Shown: positions 49,227 to 64,000 of the stretch, one piece after another
Layout of the letters: each line of letters starts with the position of its first letter
Numbering within the stretch: position 1 is the stretch's first letter
Source: an uncultured Pseudomonadota bacterium
Lineage (GTDB): Bacteria > Myxococcota_A > UBA796 > SXON01
Direction of reading: 5' to 3'
Assembly: GCA_903875225.1 (NCBI GenBank)
Contig: CAIQVJ010000006.1
Coordinates: 99,380 to 163,379 of the forward strand
DNA length: 64,000 bases
Notes under the pieces: model-generated
Told to the model about the DNA's origin: nothing
Seen by the model: only the letters and a program-made list of their open reading frames with translations
Databases searched by the model: none
Position numbers and translations under genes: made by a program

Positions 49227-51749
49227 CTACGCTCCTGTCGCGGCGGCCGGAACCCGCTCCAGCTTCTCGAGCCGGTCCCGAAGGCGCTTGTTTTCGTCTG
49301 CGACCCCGTCGAGCTGTCCGCGCAGTGCGGCGAGCCCCTCTGCCGTGGTGCGCCCCTCGCGGATGTTCGCGAGCGCCTCCCACGCGAGGCGGCGGCAGCG
49401 ACCATCGGCGGCGCTGGTGTGGGTGCGTTCGAGTACGGCGGTGGCGCGGGCGTCGCGCAGGGTGCCCAGCGCGTTGATCGCCGCCACCTGCACGCGGAAG
49501 TTGGCGTCCTCCGCGAGCTGGATCAGCCGCTCGACTGCGTCCGTGCGTACGCTCTCCACCTCGTTCCCGAGCCGGGCCAGCGCGCTGCATGCAGCGGCGC
49601 GAGCCCTGGCGGGGCGGGAATCCTCGGTGGTCGTGAGCACGATCGCCATCACGAGCGGGTCCCGCAGCGCGCCGAGGCCCTCGATGGCGCGGCAGCGGAG
49701 CACTTCGCTCCAGCTCGGGCGGTCGAGCAGCGCTTCGCAACGGATGCGAGCCTCCGGCGCCCGCAGGCGCCCGAGCGATTTCGCGATCTCGCCCTCCACC
49801 AGGATGTTCGGGTCCGCCGGGTGGGCGACCAGCGCGGGCGCCACCTCGGGTCGACGGATCCCGCCGAGGGCCGTGACGACCCGCTTCCGCACACGCGCGC
49901 TCGAGTCCTCCAGGCCGCCGATCAGCGCCTTCGTCGGCAGTTCACCGCCGCGCTCGCCGAGGATGTCCGCGATCTCGGCCCTCACGCCCCAGAACGGGTC
50001 GCGCTTGAGCCGCACCATCAAGGCCTCGATGGCCTCCAGGGAGCCCTCCTCGCCGAGCGCGCGGGCGGCGCGGATCCGGCCGACCACGCCCGGATCGCGC
50101 TCGAGCTGCGCGATGAGCCAGCTCCGCGGCGCCTTGAGCTTGATCTCGGCCAGCACCTTGAAGTCGCCGTCCACGCGCACGAAGTCGGGGGCCTCGGTGC
50201 TCGGGAACGAGAACCCGCGCTCGCGCTGGTCCACCATCACCGTGTGCGCCCGGTCGCGGTAGCCGATCTGCAGCGGCACGGCGTAGGCCGATGGCACCCC
50301 GTCCCCCTCCTGCGTCTGCTTCACGTGGACCTGGACGAGCCCGTCCGCGTGCGAGACCGTGACCTCGAGCGAGGGGTGGCCCGCGCTCATCACCCACTGC
50401 TCGAAGAAGCGGTCGAGGTTGCGGCCGGTCGCGTCCTCCATGGCGCGCTGGAAGTGCCGGGTGTGCACGGTCTGGTAGCGGTGCCGGGTGAGGTACAGCT
50501 GCACGCCGGCCCAGAACGCGGTGTCACCGAGTTCGGTGCGGAGCGTGTGGATCACCAGCGCACCCTTCTCGTAGAGGTGCCTGTCGAACACGTCGATGGG
50601 CTCACGGAAGAGGTAGCTCACGATGGGGCGACGGTAGCGGTCGCCATCCTCCGTGAGGTAGCTGCCGAGCTGCTCCCAGAGGGCATACGCCGCCTGGTCC
50701 GCGCCAAGGTGGTGGTTGTTCCAGAGGTACTCGGTGTAGGTGGCCCAGCCCTCGTTCAGCCAGCCCTGCGACCAGTCCTGGCAGGTGAGCAGGTCGCCGA
50801 ACCACTGGTGGGCCATCTCGTGCACGATCAGCTCGTCCGGGTCCCACTCGAGCTCCGGGATGTCGGTGAGGACGAGGTCCAGCAGCGTGGTCGCCGCGGT
50901 GTTCTCCATGCCGCCGAAGATGAAGTCGTGGACGACCACCTGGTCGTATCGGGGCCACGGGTAGCGGCCATAGAGCCCGGACAGGAACGCGATCATCTCC
51001 GGGGTGCGCCCGAACGCCTTGCGGGTGAGCTCCTCGGGTGTGCCAACTGGCACGATGTAGCGCAGCGGGATCCCGTCCCACTCGTCGCCCACGAGGGCGG
51101 CCTTCATCACGACCACCGTCCACAGGTAGGAGGGCATCGGCTCGACCTGATCCCACACCCAGCTGTTGCCCTCCCGGTGCTTGAGCCTGCCATTTCCGAT
51201 GCACGTGTACCCGGGGGGCACCGTGACGCGCGTGGTGAACGCGTGCTTCATCGACGGGTGATCGAAGCACGGGAAGATGTAGTGGGCGTCTTCGTCCTGG
51301 CACTGGCTCCAGGCCTCGGGGAGGCGGTCGGGCTCGGAGGCGTTCGGCCCCACGAAGTACAGCCCGCGCCGCGGCGATCCCCGCCAGCAGATGATCACCT
51401 CGGCCGCGGCCGGGATGTACAGCCTGCCATCGGCCTGCTTCCACTCGAGCGGCTCGCCGAGCGCGTCCGTGACGGACTCGACCGTGAGCTCGTCGAAGTC
51501 CAGCGCGTAGCGGGGCGCTGCAGCGGGCGTGGGGGTGAACCGGATGCGGGCGAGGCCCCGGAGCGTGCGGGCGACCGGATCGATGTGCAGATCGAGGCCC
51601 AGGTGCTCGATCTGGTAGCTGCGGTCGGGCGCGTAGTGTGGCTGCGCGCCGGGCTCGGCGAAGATGCGCCGGCGGGCGAGCGCCCATCCACCAAAGCTGC
51701 TTTCGAGGGAGAGACTCTTGTCGGTGAGAAAATGGCTGGACACGCGCAC
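49227..51749 (-). CDS. pepN: M1-family aminopeptidase N with a C-terminal HEAT/ARM-repeat region and coiled-coil tail. Start approximately at GTG 51749
   Basis: GGMENTAAT (GAMEN), HEMAHQWFGDL...WLNEGWATY (HExxH+E) and N-terminal YAPDRSYQIEHLGLDL, the PepN signature. The upstream track extension lacks homology. Confidence 0.8.
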   Translation of the reverse strand: MRVSSHFLTDKSLSLESSFGGWALARRRIFAEPGAQPHYAPDRSYQIEHLGLDLHIDPVARTLRGLARIRFTPTPAAAPRYALDFDELTVESVTDALGEPLEWKQADGRLYIPAAAEVIICWRGSPRRGLYFVGPNASEPDRLPEAWSQCQDEDAHYIFPCFDHPSMKHAFTTRVTVPPGYTCIGNGRLKHREGNSWVWDQVEPMPSYLWTVVVMKAALVGDEWDGIPLRYIVPVGTPEELTRKAFGRTPEMIAFLSGLYGRYPWPRYDQVVVHDFIFGGMENTAATTLLDLVLTDIPELEWDPDELIVHEMAHQWFGDLLTCQDWSQGWLNEGWATYTEYLWNNHHLGADQAAYALWEQLGSYLTEDGDRYRRPIVSYLFREPIDVFDRHLYEKGALVIHTLRTELGDTAFWAGVQLYLTRHRYQTVHTRHFQRAMEDATGRNLDRFFEQWVMSAGHPSLEVTVSHADGLVQVHVKQTQEGDGVPSAYAVPLQIGYRDRAHTVMVDQRERGFSFPSTEAPDFVRVDGDFKVLAEIKLKAPRSWLIAQLERDPGVVGRIRAARALGEEGSLEAIEALMVRLKRDPFWGVRAEIADILGERGGELPTKALIGGLEDSSARVRKRVVTALGGIRRPEVAPALVAHPADPNILVEGEIAKSLGRLRAPEARIRCEALLDRPSWSEVLRCRAIEGLGALRDPLVMAIVLTTTEDSRPARARAAACSALARLGNEVESVRTDAVERLIQLAEDANFRVQVAAINALGTLRDARATAVLERTHTSAADGRCRRLAWEALANIREGRTTAEGLAALRGQLDGVADENKRLRDRLEKLERVPAAATGA

Positions 51750-52036
51750 TCCGGCTTCGCGGCGCGGGGCTATCAAGAAACGCGTGACACGGTCGAGTCC
51801 GTTGATGATGGTCGTGGGGGCGATCGTGTGTGCGGAAAGACACATGGGGGTCGAGAAGAGGCCCATAGGTAATTCAGCCCATGGGGCGGGAGACACGCGC
51901 CCCTGTGTGCGAAAGCCCACCACCTGGGGGCCCAGCGGGGTGCAGGACGGATCAACGCCGAAGATGACGTTTCGTGACACGTGGCCCGCTTCTTGCGGTA
52001 GGGCGATTCCCCCCAACCCGCAGCTCGGAGAGCTCC

Positions 52037-54580
<2,544 letters not shown>

Positions 54581-54584
54581 TCCG

Positions 54585-54900
54585 GGTTGGGGGGTGACCC
54601 CCAGAATGTCGTGCCGCCCTCGGGAAACCGGGGGCGGCCTTCGTTTTCTATCTGGGGGTGAACCCCCAGACCCCCGCGCCTTCGGCAAAAGACGCGGGAG
54701 CGGAGTACCGCACCCGCGCCTTTTGCCTGCGGATCGGCCTTGGCCGGAGTACCGGCCTGCGGCGCAATCCGCCGGCGGGATCTGTGTGGGGGGTGAACCC
54801 CCCACGCCCCCCGCGCCTTTTGCCTGCGGATTGGCCTTGGCCGGGAGTACCCGGCCAAGGCCAATCCGCCGGCCCGACAACTGCGCCTCAAGCGTGATTT
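54585..54900. repeat. Intergenic tandem array of palindromic repeat units (REP/MITE-like)
   Basis: GGGGGTGA(A)CCCCC hairpin at 54590, 54656 and 54789. An approximately 50-bp unit CCCCGCGCCTTTTGCCTGCGGATYGGCCTTGGCCGG occurs at about 54712 and 54808. Perfect palindrome GGCCTTGGCCGGGAGTACCCGGCCAAGGCC at 54827-54856. Confidence 0.7.
54613..54650 (+). terminator. Rho-independent terminator of the cytochrome gene
   Basis: GCCGCCCTCGGG-AAA-CCGGGGGCGGC stem-loop followed by CTTCGTTTTCTA. Confidence 0.6.
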
Positions 54901-55014
54901 TCTGGTACTGGCCAGCGGAGTTGCCTGACATCCACCAGACGGCGCATCCCGTAGTCTTGCCTACACAGACGGGGCGACCTCGACCGCGAAGCAGCCGTTA
55001 ACCCGGTTTCAGGC

Positions 55015-58000
55015 GTGCACCTTCCCGTGTGGCCCCACCCCCACCCGGCGAGGCACACATTGTCCTACTCTTCACACACCACGTCTGTCCTGGGCCGCAC
55101 CGCCAACATCGTCGTCGCCCTGGCACTCCTGATCACCACGCCGGCCGCGCAGGCGGCGCCAGGATCGGTGTCGACCGACAGACGCGTCGAGCTCCTCGCC
55201 CCAGGCACCGTGCCCGGCGACGCCGACCCCGCCGCCATCGCACGCGCCGCCTTCGTCGAGCAGGCCGCGGCCAGGGGGCTCGGACGCGACGTCACCCGAC
55301 TGTTCCGGGTCACCGCCGTGCGCGTGATCCCGGCGGGCGGGACGCGGGTCTCGCTCCACGCCGAAGCCGACGGTGTCGAGGTGATCGGCACCGACGTGGA
55401 GGTGCTGCTCGGGCCGACGCTCGCCCCCGTGGCGGTCTCCTTCGGGCCCAACATCGCGCGGATGAGCTCCCGACGTGGCGCCGCGCCGCTGCTCACGGCA
55501 GCCGACGCGACCGTCACCGTGCTCAGGGGGATGACCGGCCGGTCGTTCGCACCCACCGCGCTGCGCGAGCATACCGGACGGCTGGGCTGGCTGGAGCTCC
55601 ACCCCGTGCGGGGAGCGGAGCTGGGGCAGATACCCCCTCGCGCGCGGCGCGTACTGGTCCCCTCCGCCGACGGCACGCTCGCGGAGGCCTGGCAGCTTGA
55701 GGTGTTCGTCGACGACGCGACGGCGCCGCAGGCCCAACGCGCGCTGGTCGACGCGCGCACCGGCATCGTCCTTCAGAGCAGCAGCTTGCGCTCGGACGCC
55801 ACCTACCAGGCGTGGGCCGAGCCCGATCTCACCCCACAGGACGGCCCCTACGCCGATCTCAGCCCGCACCCGACCGGCACCCCCGACGGCCACACCCTCG
55901 ACGTGGACGCTCCAAGCGTGCTCACGGTCGATGGCCTGAACCAGAACCCCGACGGCGGCTCGGACCCGTGGATCCCGGACGGCACGACGACCCTGCGCGG
56001 CAACTCCGCGTGGGCCTACGTGGATCGCGCTTCCCCCGCAGGCTTCGGGGCCGGCGACTCGGAGATCGACGCATCCTCGGCCGAAGTCTACGCCTGGGAC
56101 TACGACTTCACCGCAGACGCCGGAGCCAGCGCGGAGCAGGCGGATGCCTCCGGGACGCACGCGTTCTACGTCGTCAACTGGCTGGCAGACGCCTACTACG
56201 ACGCCGGCTTCGACGAGCAGGCCGGGAACGCCCAGGTGTCCAACTACGGCCGGGGAGGGGCGGAGGGCGACCCCGTCGAGCTCCGCATCCAGTCCCAGTA
56301 CGACGCCCGCGTGCGAAACCAGGCCTACACCATCACGCCGTCCGACGGCTTCTCCCCGATGATCCACTTCTTCCCCTGGACCCCGATGGGCCAGGTGATC
56401 TCGCCCGACGACACCTACGTCGCCGCGTCCGCAGTGTTCGGCCCCTCGGACACGACCGTCACGGCCCCGCTGGCATGGGCCCAGGGGAACGGCGACCACC
56501 TCGCGTGCGACACCCTCGACACCGACCTCGCCGGCGCCATCGCGCTCGTGGACGACGGCGGCTGCGATGACGACGTGAAGGCGAAGAACGTGGAGGACGC
56601 CGGCGCGGTGGGGATGATCGAGATCGACGCCTCGGGGATGACCGATCCCCGCGCGCTCACCGGCGCGACCTGGGTCACGCAGATCACCATCCCCGCAATG
56701 GCGGTGCTCCAGGACGACGGGGATGCCCTCGCCGCCGCGCTGGAGCTGGGATCTCCCGACGTCACGCTGGTGCGCCCTCCCGATTCGGACGGCGCGCTGG
56801 ACACGTCGCTCATCGCCCACGAGTGGTCCCACTACGTGTTCGGTCGCCTCGTTTCGTGCACCAGCGCGGTCTGCGGCGGCATCAACGAGGGCTGGAGCGA
56901 CGCGACCGGTCTCCACGTCATGCTGCGCGAAGGCGATGATCTCTCGGGCGCCTACGCTGTGGGCGCGTGGTCGGCAGCCGCCATCACGAACGATCCGGCC
57001 TACTTCGGCGTCCGTCGCCAGCCGTACTCGACAGACCCGGCGATCGACGGACTGAGCTACCGGCACGTCCTCGCGGACGAGCCGCTCCCGGACACGCCGT
57101 ACTGCAGCTCCCTGCACCCGGACGGGAACACCGAGGTGCACAACACCGGCGAGGTGTGGGCGAGCGCTGAGTTCGGCGCGTACGTCGCCCTCCAGGCCCA
57201 CGCGACCGAGAGCTTCGACACGGTCCACCGCCGATGGATCGACATCCTGGTCGGCGCCCTCGGCCTGATGCCCGACGACCCCTCCTTCCTCGACGCGCGG
57301 GACGCCCTCATCGCCACCGCAGCGGTCTCCTCCCCCGACGAGGCCGCCTGGATCGCCCAGGCGTTCGCCGACCGGGGCATGGGCACGTGCGCGGTCGCAC
57401 CGGACTCCACCGGCGCTGGGCTGGTGGAGAGCTTCGTCGTCGTGCCCCTGCCGAGCATCGGGACCCCCACGCTCGACGACACGACGGACTCCTGCGACGA
57501 CGATGGCGTCCTCGACGGCGGCGAGACGGGACGGCTCACCGTGCCCGTCTACAACCTCGGGGTCGGGACCCTGGACGGCGCCGTCCTCACCGTTGTCTCC
57601 GACGATCCGAGCCTCACCTTTCCGGAGGGCGACTCGATCCCCGTGCCGACGCTCGGTCCGCTTGCGTCCGGTGAGGTGTCCATCCCCGTCGCGCTCGACG
57701 GCCAGGTGTCCGACCTGCTCACCCCCACCGTCACGTTCACGCTGGCGGACGACGCGCTCTGCACAGGGGATCTGGTGGCCACCGGCCTCGTGCTCGCCAA
57801 CGCCGACATCACAGACACGGGCTCTCCGATCGACACCTTCCTCGCCCCAGGATCCGTCTGGACCGCCGACGAGACGGGCGCCCCGGGGACCTGGGCCGTC
57901 GACACCGTCGACTGGGGTGACGCTGCCTGGGTGGCCGTGACGCCCGACTACGTATCGGACACGCGGCTGGTCTCCCCCCCGATGACCGTGGCGGAGGGCG

Positions 58001-58546
58001 GGGACCTGCGGATCTCCCTCACCCACGTCTTCCACTTCGAGACCCTGGTGGGCCAGTACCGCGACGGCGGCACCATCGAGCTCAGGGTCGACGGAGGCGA
58101 GTGGCAGGACGTCTCCACCTGGGTCGACCCCGGCTATCCGGGGCTGATCGACGCGGAGGGCAATCCGCTGGACGGACTGCCCGGCTTCGGCGCGGACAAC
58201 TCCTCGTATCCGAACCCCGACATCGTGCTCCTGGACCTTGGCTCCTCCCTCGGTGGCCACGTGGTGGAGCTCGCGTTCCGGGTCGCCACCAACGGGAGCG
58301 TGGGCGGAGGTTTCTGGGCGATCGACGAGGTCTCCGTCGAGGGGCTGGCCTCGGGCCCGTTCCCCGGCGTGGGCCCCGACCCTGACGCCTGCGCCGATAC
58401 CGACACCGGCACCGACACCGGCACGCCGGACTCCGACACGCCAGTCGCCCAAGAGAAGGGCTGCGGCTGCGCCACCGGCCCCAGCCCCTCGCTCCCCCCG
58501 CCTTCCTCGCGGTGCTCATCGCGCTGGCAGCCCGCCGCCGGCGGTG
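55015..58546 (+). CDS. Secreted M36 (fungalysin-like) zinc metalloprotease with a PA domain. The C-terminal MYXO-CTERM tail is out of frame (frameshift at a C6 run, 58494-58499)
   Basis: HEWSHYV...GGINEGWSD zinc-binding region. PA domain (ACDTLDTDLAGAIALVDDGGCDDD). The GCGCATG motif in frame 1 near 58460 and AFLAVLIALAARRRR* in the +1 frame ending at 58546. The 1644-aa track ORF is a read-through artefact. Confidence 0.65.
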
Positions 58547-58594
58547 ACCCGTCCTCATCTCTGCCTCTTCATTCCACCAACCCGGAGATCCTCC

Positions 58595-59158
<564 letters not shown>

Positions 59159-59248
59159 TCCCCGCTGGGGCGGCTGGACCCGGTCGCGGGTCCAGCCCAC
59201 GGCCGGCGGAGCACATGGAACCTGCCCGGCCCCGGTTACGCTGGCTCC

Positions 59249-59962
59249 ATGGACTCCGCCCCGATCCGAAGCGCCGTCCTGACCGGCGCCGAGCCGCTCG
59301 CCCGCAACACGAACCTCTACCGCTTCGATCTCGACGTCCCGCTGCAGTTCGAAGCCGGCCAGTTCGCCAACCTCACGATCCCCGGCGCCACGCCCCGCGG
59401 CGAGCGCAGCTACTCGATGTGGGCGCCCCCGGACCCCGCAGGCAACGCCTCCGTGGAGTTCGCGATCCAGCTGTTCGCAGGCGGGCAGGCCAGCGACTAC
59501 CTCCGGAGCGCGCCTGTGGGCACGCCGTTCGAGCTGCGCGGCCCGTACGGCCACTTCACCCTTCGCGGCGACGACCCCGACCACCCGACGACAGCGCACT
59601 GGTTCCTCGCGACGTCGACCGGCCTCGCCCCGTTCCACGCGATGCTCGCAGCCGCAGCGCGAGCCGGAGACCCCCGGCGCTTCCGGCTGCTGTTCGGCTG
59701 CCGGGAGGAGCAGGACATGTTCGGCCTGGCCGCGCTGGACGCGCTGCGGGATCGGCTGGACTTCGCCTACTCCGTGTGCCTGTCGCGGCCCCAGGGGGCG
59801 ACCCGACACAACGTGGGCAGGATCACGGCGCACATGCCCGCGGCCGATCCGGCGGCGAGGTACTACCTGTGCGGCAACGGCGCGATGATCACCGAAGCGC
59901 GGGAGCTGCTGAAGGCGAGAGGCATCGATCGCAAGCGCATCCACCATGAAAAGTACTGGTAG
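59249..59962 (+). CDS. Ferredoxin-NADP reductase-like FAD/NAD(P)-binding oxidoreductase
   Basis: RSYS (RxYS FAD motif), GPYG and LLFGCR...YLCGNGAM (NAD-binding). 237 aa. Confidence 0.6.
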   Translation: MDSAPIRSAVLTGAEPLARNTNLYRFDLDVPLQFEAGQFANLTIPGATPRGERSYSMWAPPDPAGNASVEFAIQLFAGGQASDYLRSAPVGTPFELRGPYGHFTLRGDDPDHPTTAHWFLATSTGLAPFHAMLAAAARAGDPRRFRLLFGCREEQDMFGLAALDALRDRLDFAYSVCLSRPQGATRHNVGRITAHMPAADPAARYYLCGNGAMITEARELLKARGIDRKRIHHEKYW

Positions 59963-59971
59963 TCGAAGCTG

Positions 59972-61780
59972 ATGGCGTTCCCCCGGGAAGTTGTGGAGGA
60001 GGTCCGTGCCCGCACGGACATCGCGACGCTGATCGGCCAGAGCGTGGCGCTCAAGCGCGCCGGGCGCGGCATGGTGGGGCTCTGCCCGTTCCACAACGAG
60101 AAGTCGCCGAGCTTCAACGTGGTTCCGCACAAGCAGATCTTCCATTGCTTCGGCTGCGGAGCCTCGGGCGACGCCATCGCGTTCGTGATGAAGGCGCGTG
60201 GGCTCACCTTCGTCGAGGCGGTCAAGGACCTCGCGCAGGCCGCAGGCGTGGCCCTGCCGGAGCGGGATCTCACGCCCGAGGAGCGCGCGCGGCTCTCGGC
60301 GCGGCAGGATCTGTTCACCGCGTGTGAGACAGCAGCATCGCTGTTCGCCCGTACGCTGCTCGCCCTGCCCGAAGGGGGGCCGGGTCGGGCCTACCTCGCA
60401 AAGCGCGGCATCACGCTCGAGACCGCCACGAAGTACCGGCTGGGGTTCGCCCCCGAGGGCTGGGACCGGCTCGCGCGCCACCTGCAGTCGCAGCGGGTGC
60501 CACCGCAGCTCGGGGCCCAGGCGGGGCTCCTGAAGCGCCGCGAGAACCGCGACGGCGTCTACGACGTGTTCCGCAACCGGCTCATCTTCCCGATCCTCGA
60601 CGATCGCGACCGCCCGATCGCCTTCGGGGGCCGCCTCCTGCCCAACTCCGATCCGACCGCGAAGGACGAGGGGCCGAAGTACCTCAACAGCCCCGAGTCC
60701 CCGATCTACAAGAAGAACGAGGTGCTGTACGGGCTCTCCTGGGCGCGGGCGGCTGCGCAGCGAAAGGACCGGCTCATCCTCGTCGAGGGGTACTTCGACG
60801 CCGTGAGCCTCTGGCAGGCGGGCTTCGGCGAGGCCGTCGCAACGTGTGGCACCGCCCTCACCGAGCGCCACGTGGAGCGGATCTCGAGCCACACCCGAAA
60901 GGTCTACGCGCTCTTCGACGGTGACTCCGCGGGGCTGCGCGCCGCCCAGAAGTCGCTCCCCATCCTGCAGGCGGCTCAGGTCTCCGCGTTCCGGTTGAAC
61001 CTCGGCGCGGCGAAGGACCCGGACGAGTTCGTCCAGAAGCAGGGGGCGCTCGCTTTCGAGACGCTGCTGAGCTCGGGCGAGGACCTGATCCACATGGTCG
61101 TCCGCCGGATCGTGGAGGAGGAGGGGCGCGACGGCATGGCGAAGGATCGCGTCATGCAGCGGGTCACGGGCTTCCTGCGGGATCTCCCGAGCGACGTCAC
61201 CCGCGAGACCGCGACGCTCTACGTGGCCGGCCTCTTGAACCTCCGAGCCGACGAGATCCGCGCGCGCGCGTTCTCGCAGGCCGACGCGCGTCCCCTGCCC
61301 CGCGTGCCGACCCCGTCGAACTGGATCCCGAGCCGGGAGCTGGTCCACCTGCTCTGGTGCCTGTTTCGAAAACCCGCCGAGGTCGCCCCGATCATCGGTC
61401 GAGTGGACCCGGACTGGGTGACCGACCGCGGCGACGTGCTCACCGCCATGGTGAGCATCGGCAATGGCATGCCGTTCACCCAGGTGCTCCAGGATCTCGA
61501 AGGCAGCTCACCCGACGTGGCGCGCACCTTTCGCGCCATCGTCGCACGCGACGACTTATACAAGGAAGAAGATACCGTTTCTGCCGCCCAGGACGTGGTG
61601 CTGCGCCTGGAGGCCCGCGCGGTCGATGCAGAGATCATCGCCATCAACGCTCAGATCGAGGCAATGTTGAAATCTGCAGACAAGTCAAGTTACAGGGGCA
61701 TGCTGGAAGCGCTTTCTGGTCTCAACAAGCGTCGCCAGCAGATAAACGCTGCCATCTCCCGCACCCGCGCACCCGCATGA
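59972..61780 (+). CDS. dnaG: DNA primase
   Basis: CHC2 zinc finger CPFHNEKSPSFNV...HCFGCG. RNA polymerase domain. TOPRIM LVEGYFD...DGDSAG. Confidence 0.9.
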   Translation: MAFPREVVEEVRARTDIATLIGQSVALKRAGRGMVGLCPFHNEKSPSFNVVPHKQIFHCFGCGASGDAIAFVMKARGLTFVEAVKDLAQAAGVALPERDLTPEERARLSARQDLFTACETAASLFARTLLALPEGGPGRAYLAKRGITLETATKYRLGFAPEGWDRLARHLQSQRVPPQLGAQAGLLKRRENRDGVYDVFRNRLIFPILDDRDRPIAFGGRLLPNSDPTAKDEGPKYLNSPESPIYKKNEVLYGLSWARAAAQRKDRLILVEGYFDAVSLWQAGFGEAVATCGTALTERHVERISSHTRKVYALFDGDSAGLRAAQKSLPILQAAQVSAFRLNLGAAKDPDEFVQKQGALAFETLLSSGEDLIHMVVRRIVEEEGRDGMAKDRVMQRVTGFLRDLPSDVTRETATLYVAGLLNLRADEIRARAFSQADARPLPRVPTPSNWIPSRELVHLLWCLFRKPAEVAPIIGRVDPDWVTDRGDVLTAMVSIGNGMPFTQVLQDLEGSSPDVARTFRAIVARDDLYKEEDTVSAAQDVVLRLEARAVDAEIIAINAQIEAMLKSADKSSYRGMLEALSGLNKRRQQINAAISRTRAPA

Positions 61781-61823
61781 CCCTAGTCTATCCCGCCGAA
61801 CCTGCACCACAAAGGCACCCTGA

Positions 61824-63551
<1,728 letters not shown>

Positions 63552-63558
63552 CCCCAGC

Positions 63559-64000
63559 TTGCGCACGCTCGGCATCACCGTTGAACGCCGCTGGATCTTC
63601 TGGCTGCTCGTCGCCCTCGTCGTCCTGCCCACGCTCGGGCTCGTGGCCTACGGGCTCTCGGGGCTCAAGAACCAGCACGACGCCCTGCAGGCGCGGCTGC
63701 GGGACCGGTTCGTGCTCCAGGCCGCCGCCGTGGAGCAGGAGATCCTGCTGCGCCTCGGCGAGGAGGACGCCGCGCTGCGCACCGCGCTCTCCTCGGTGCC
63801 GGACGCCGACCTGCCCGAGGCGCTGGCACGCGCGGCGACCCCAGGCGGCGTGATCAACCATGCATGGACCCTGGACGACCCGGCGCTCGCCCCCAGCCTG
63901 CCGGAGGGCACCGACCGCACGATCGCGGCGCTCACGGCCCAGGAGCCGCTCACGTTCATCAACGCCCCTGACTTCGGCACCATCGCGCTCTCCCGCGTGA
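63559..64000 (+). CDS. Partial CDS: membrane-anchored protein (TTG start, continues beyond the window). Possibly a sensor protein N-terminus
   Basis: LRTLGITVERRWIFWLLVALVVLPTLGLVAYGLSGL... has one TM then a periplasmic-like segment. No stop before 64000. Confidence 0.3.
   Translation, partial: MRTLGITVERRWIFWLLVALVVLPTLGLVAYGLSGLKNQHDALQARLRDRFVLQAAAVEQEILLRLGEEDAALRTALSSVPDADLPEALARAATPGGVINHAWTLDDPALAPSLPEGTDRTIAALTAQEPLTFINAPDFGTIALSRV

Noticed and set aside
51974-52036. Upstream start for the cytochrome gene (MTRGPLLAVGRF...)
   Set aside because: The lipoprotein signal peptide with lipobox LVGC begins at the Met at 52037, and the upstream extension is not signal-like. The same reasoning applies to the 6535 start of the DT-repeat lipoprotein (real signal at 6658) and the 27646 start of the FG-GAP protein (signal at 27052).

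Overview
This is a high-GC (about 70%) deltaproteobacterial window that looks myxobacterial. The lineage call rests on several MYXO-CTERM-type GCGC-hydrophobic-Arg tails, an FG-GAP repeat protein, a Hanks-type Ser/Thr kinase, many lipoproteins, and the dnaG-rpoD pair. Recognisable housekeeping genes are valS, dnaG, rpoD, HU, hpt, rnd, a RidA-family protein, a UPRT-like gene and a serA-like dehydrogenase. The most striking content is a split fatty-acid/type-II-PKS-like lipid biosynthesis system, in two sub-loci at 632-5777 and 16208-22368. Together they carry three ketosynthase plus CLF-like pairs (one fused), two FabZ-like dehydratases, a PaaK/CapK-like adenylate-forming enzyme, a sulfotransferase and a 2-hydroxyacid dehydrogenase. 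This resembles aryl-polyene / type-II-PKS-like loci, but no ACP, KR or TE is visible in the window. Other notable items follow. An MtrC/OmcA-like decaheme c-type cytochrome lipoprotein carries a collagen-like (G-X-Y)n N-terminal stalk. A secreted M36/PA-domain metalloprotease has its MYXO-CTERM tail put out of frame at a C6 homopolymer. Three secreted proteins have Asp-Thr or Asp-Ser dipeptide repeats encoded by GACACC-type microsatellites. A minus-strand operon encodes an esterase lipoprotein, an atypical Hsp70, three polytopic (GT-C-like) membrane proteins and a TIG/MYXO-CTERM protein. A translationally coupled mini-operon encodes a stand-alone secretin-N0-like protein, an HExxH membrane protease, a hypothetical and an OMP beta-barrel. 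A flotillin-like protein has five to six N-terminal tandem repeats. A YtfI/YtfJ(GerW)-like gene trio is present. There is a tandem palindromic intergenic repeat array after the cytochrome gene, and an AT-rich palindrome-bearing region upstream of HU. No rRNA, tRNA or CRISPR array was recognised. Many long antisense ORFs in the ORF track are high-GC artefacts.
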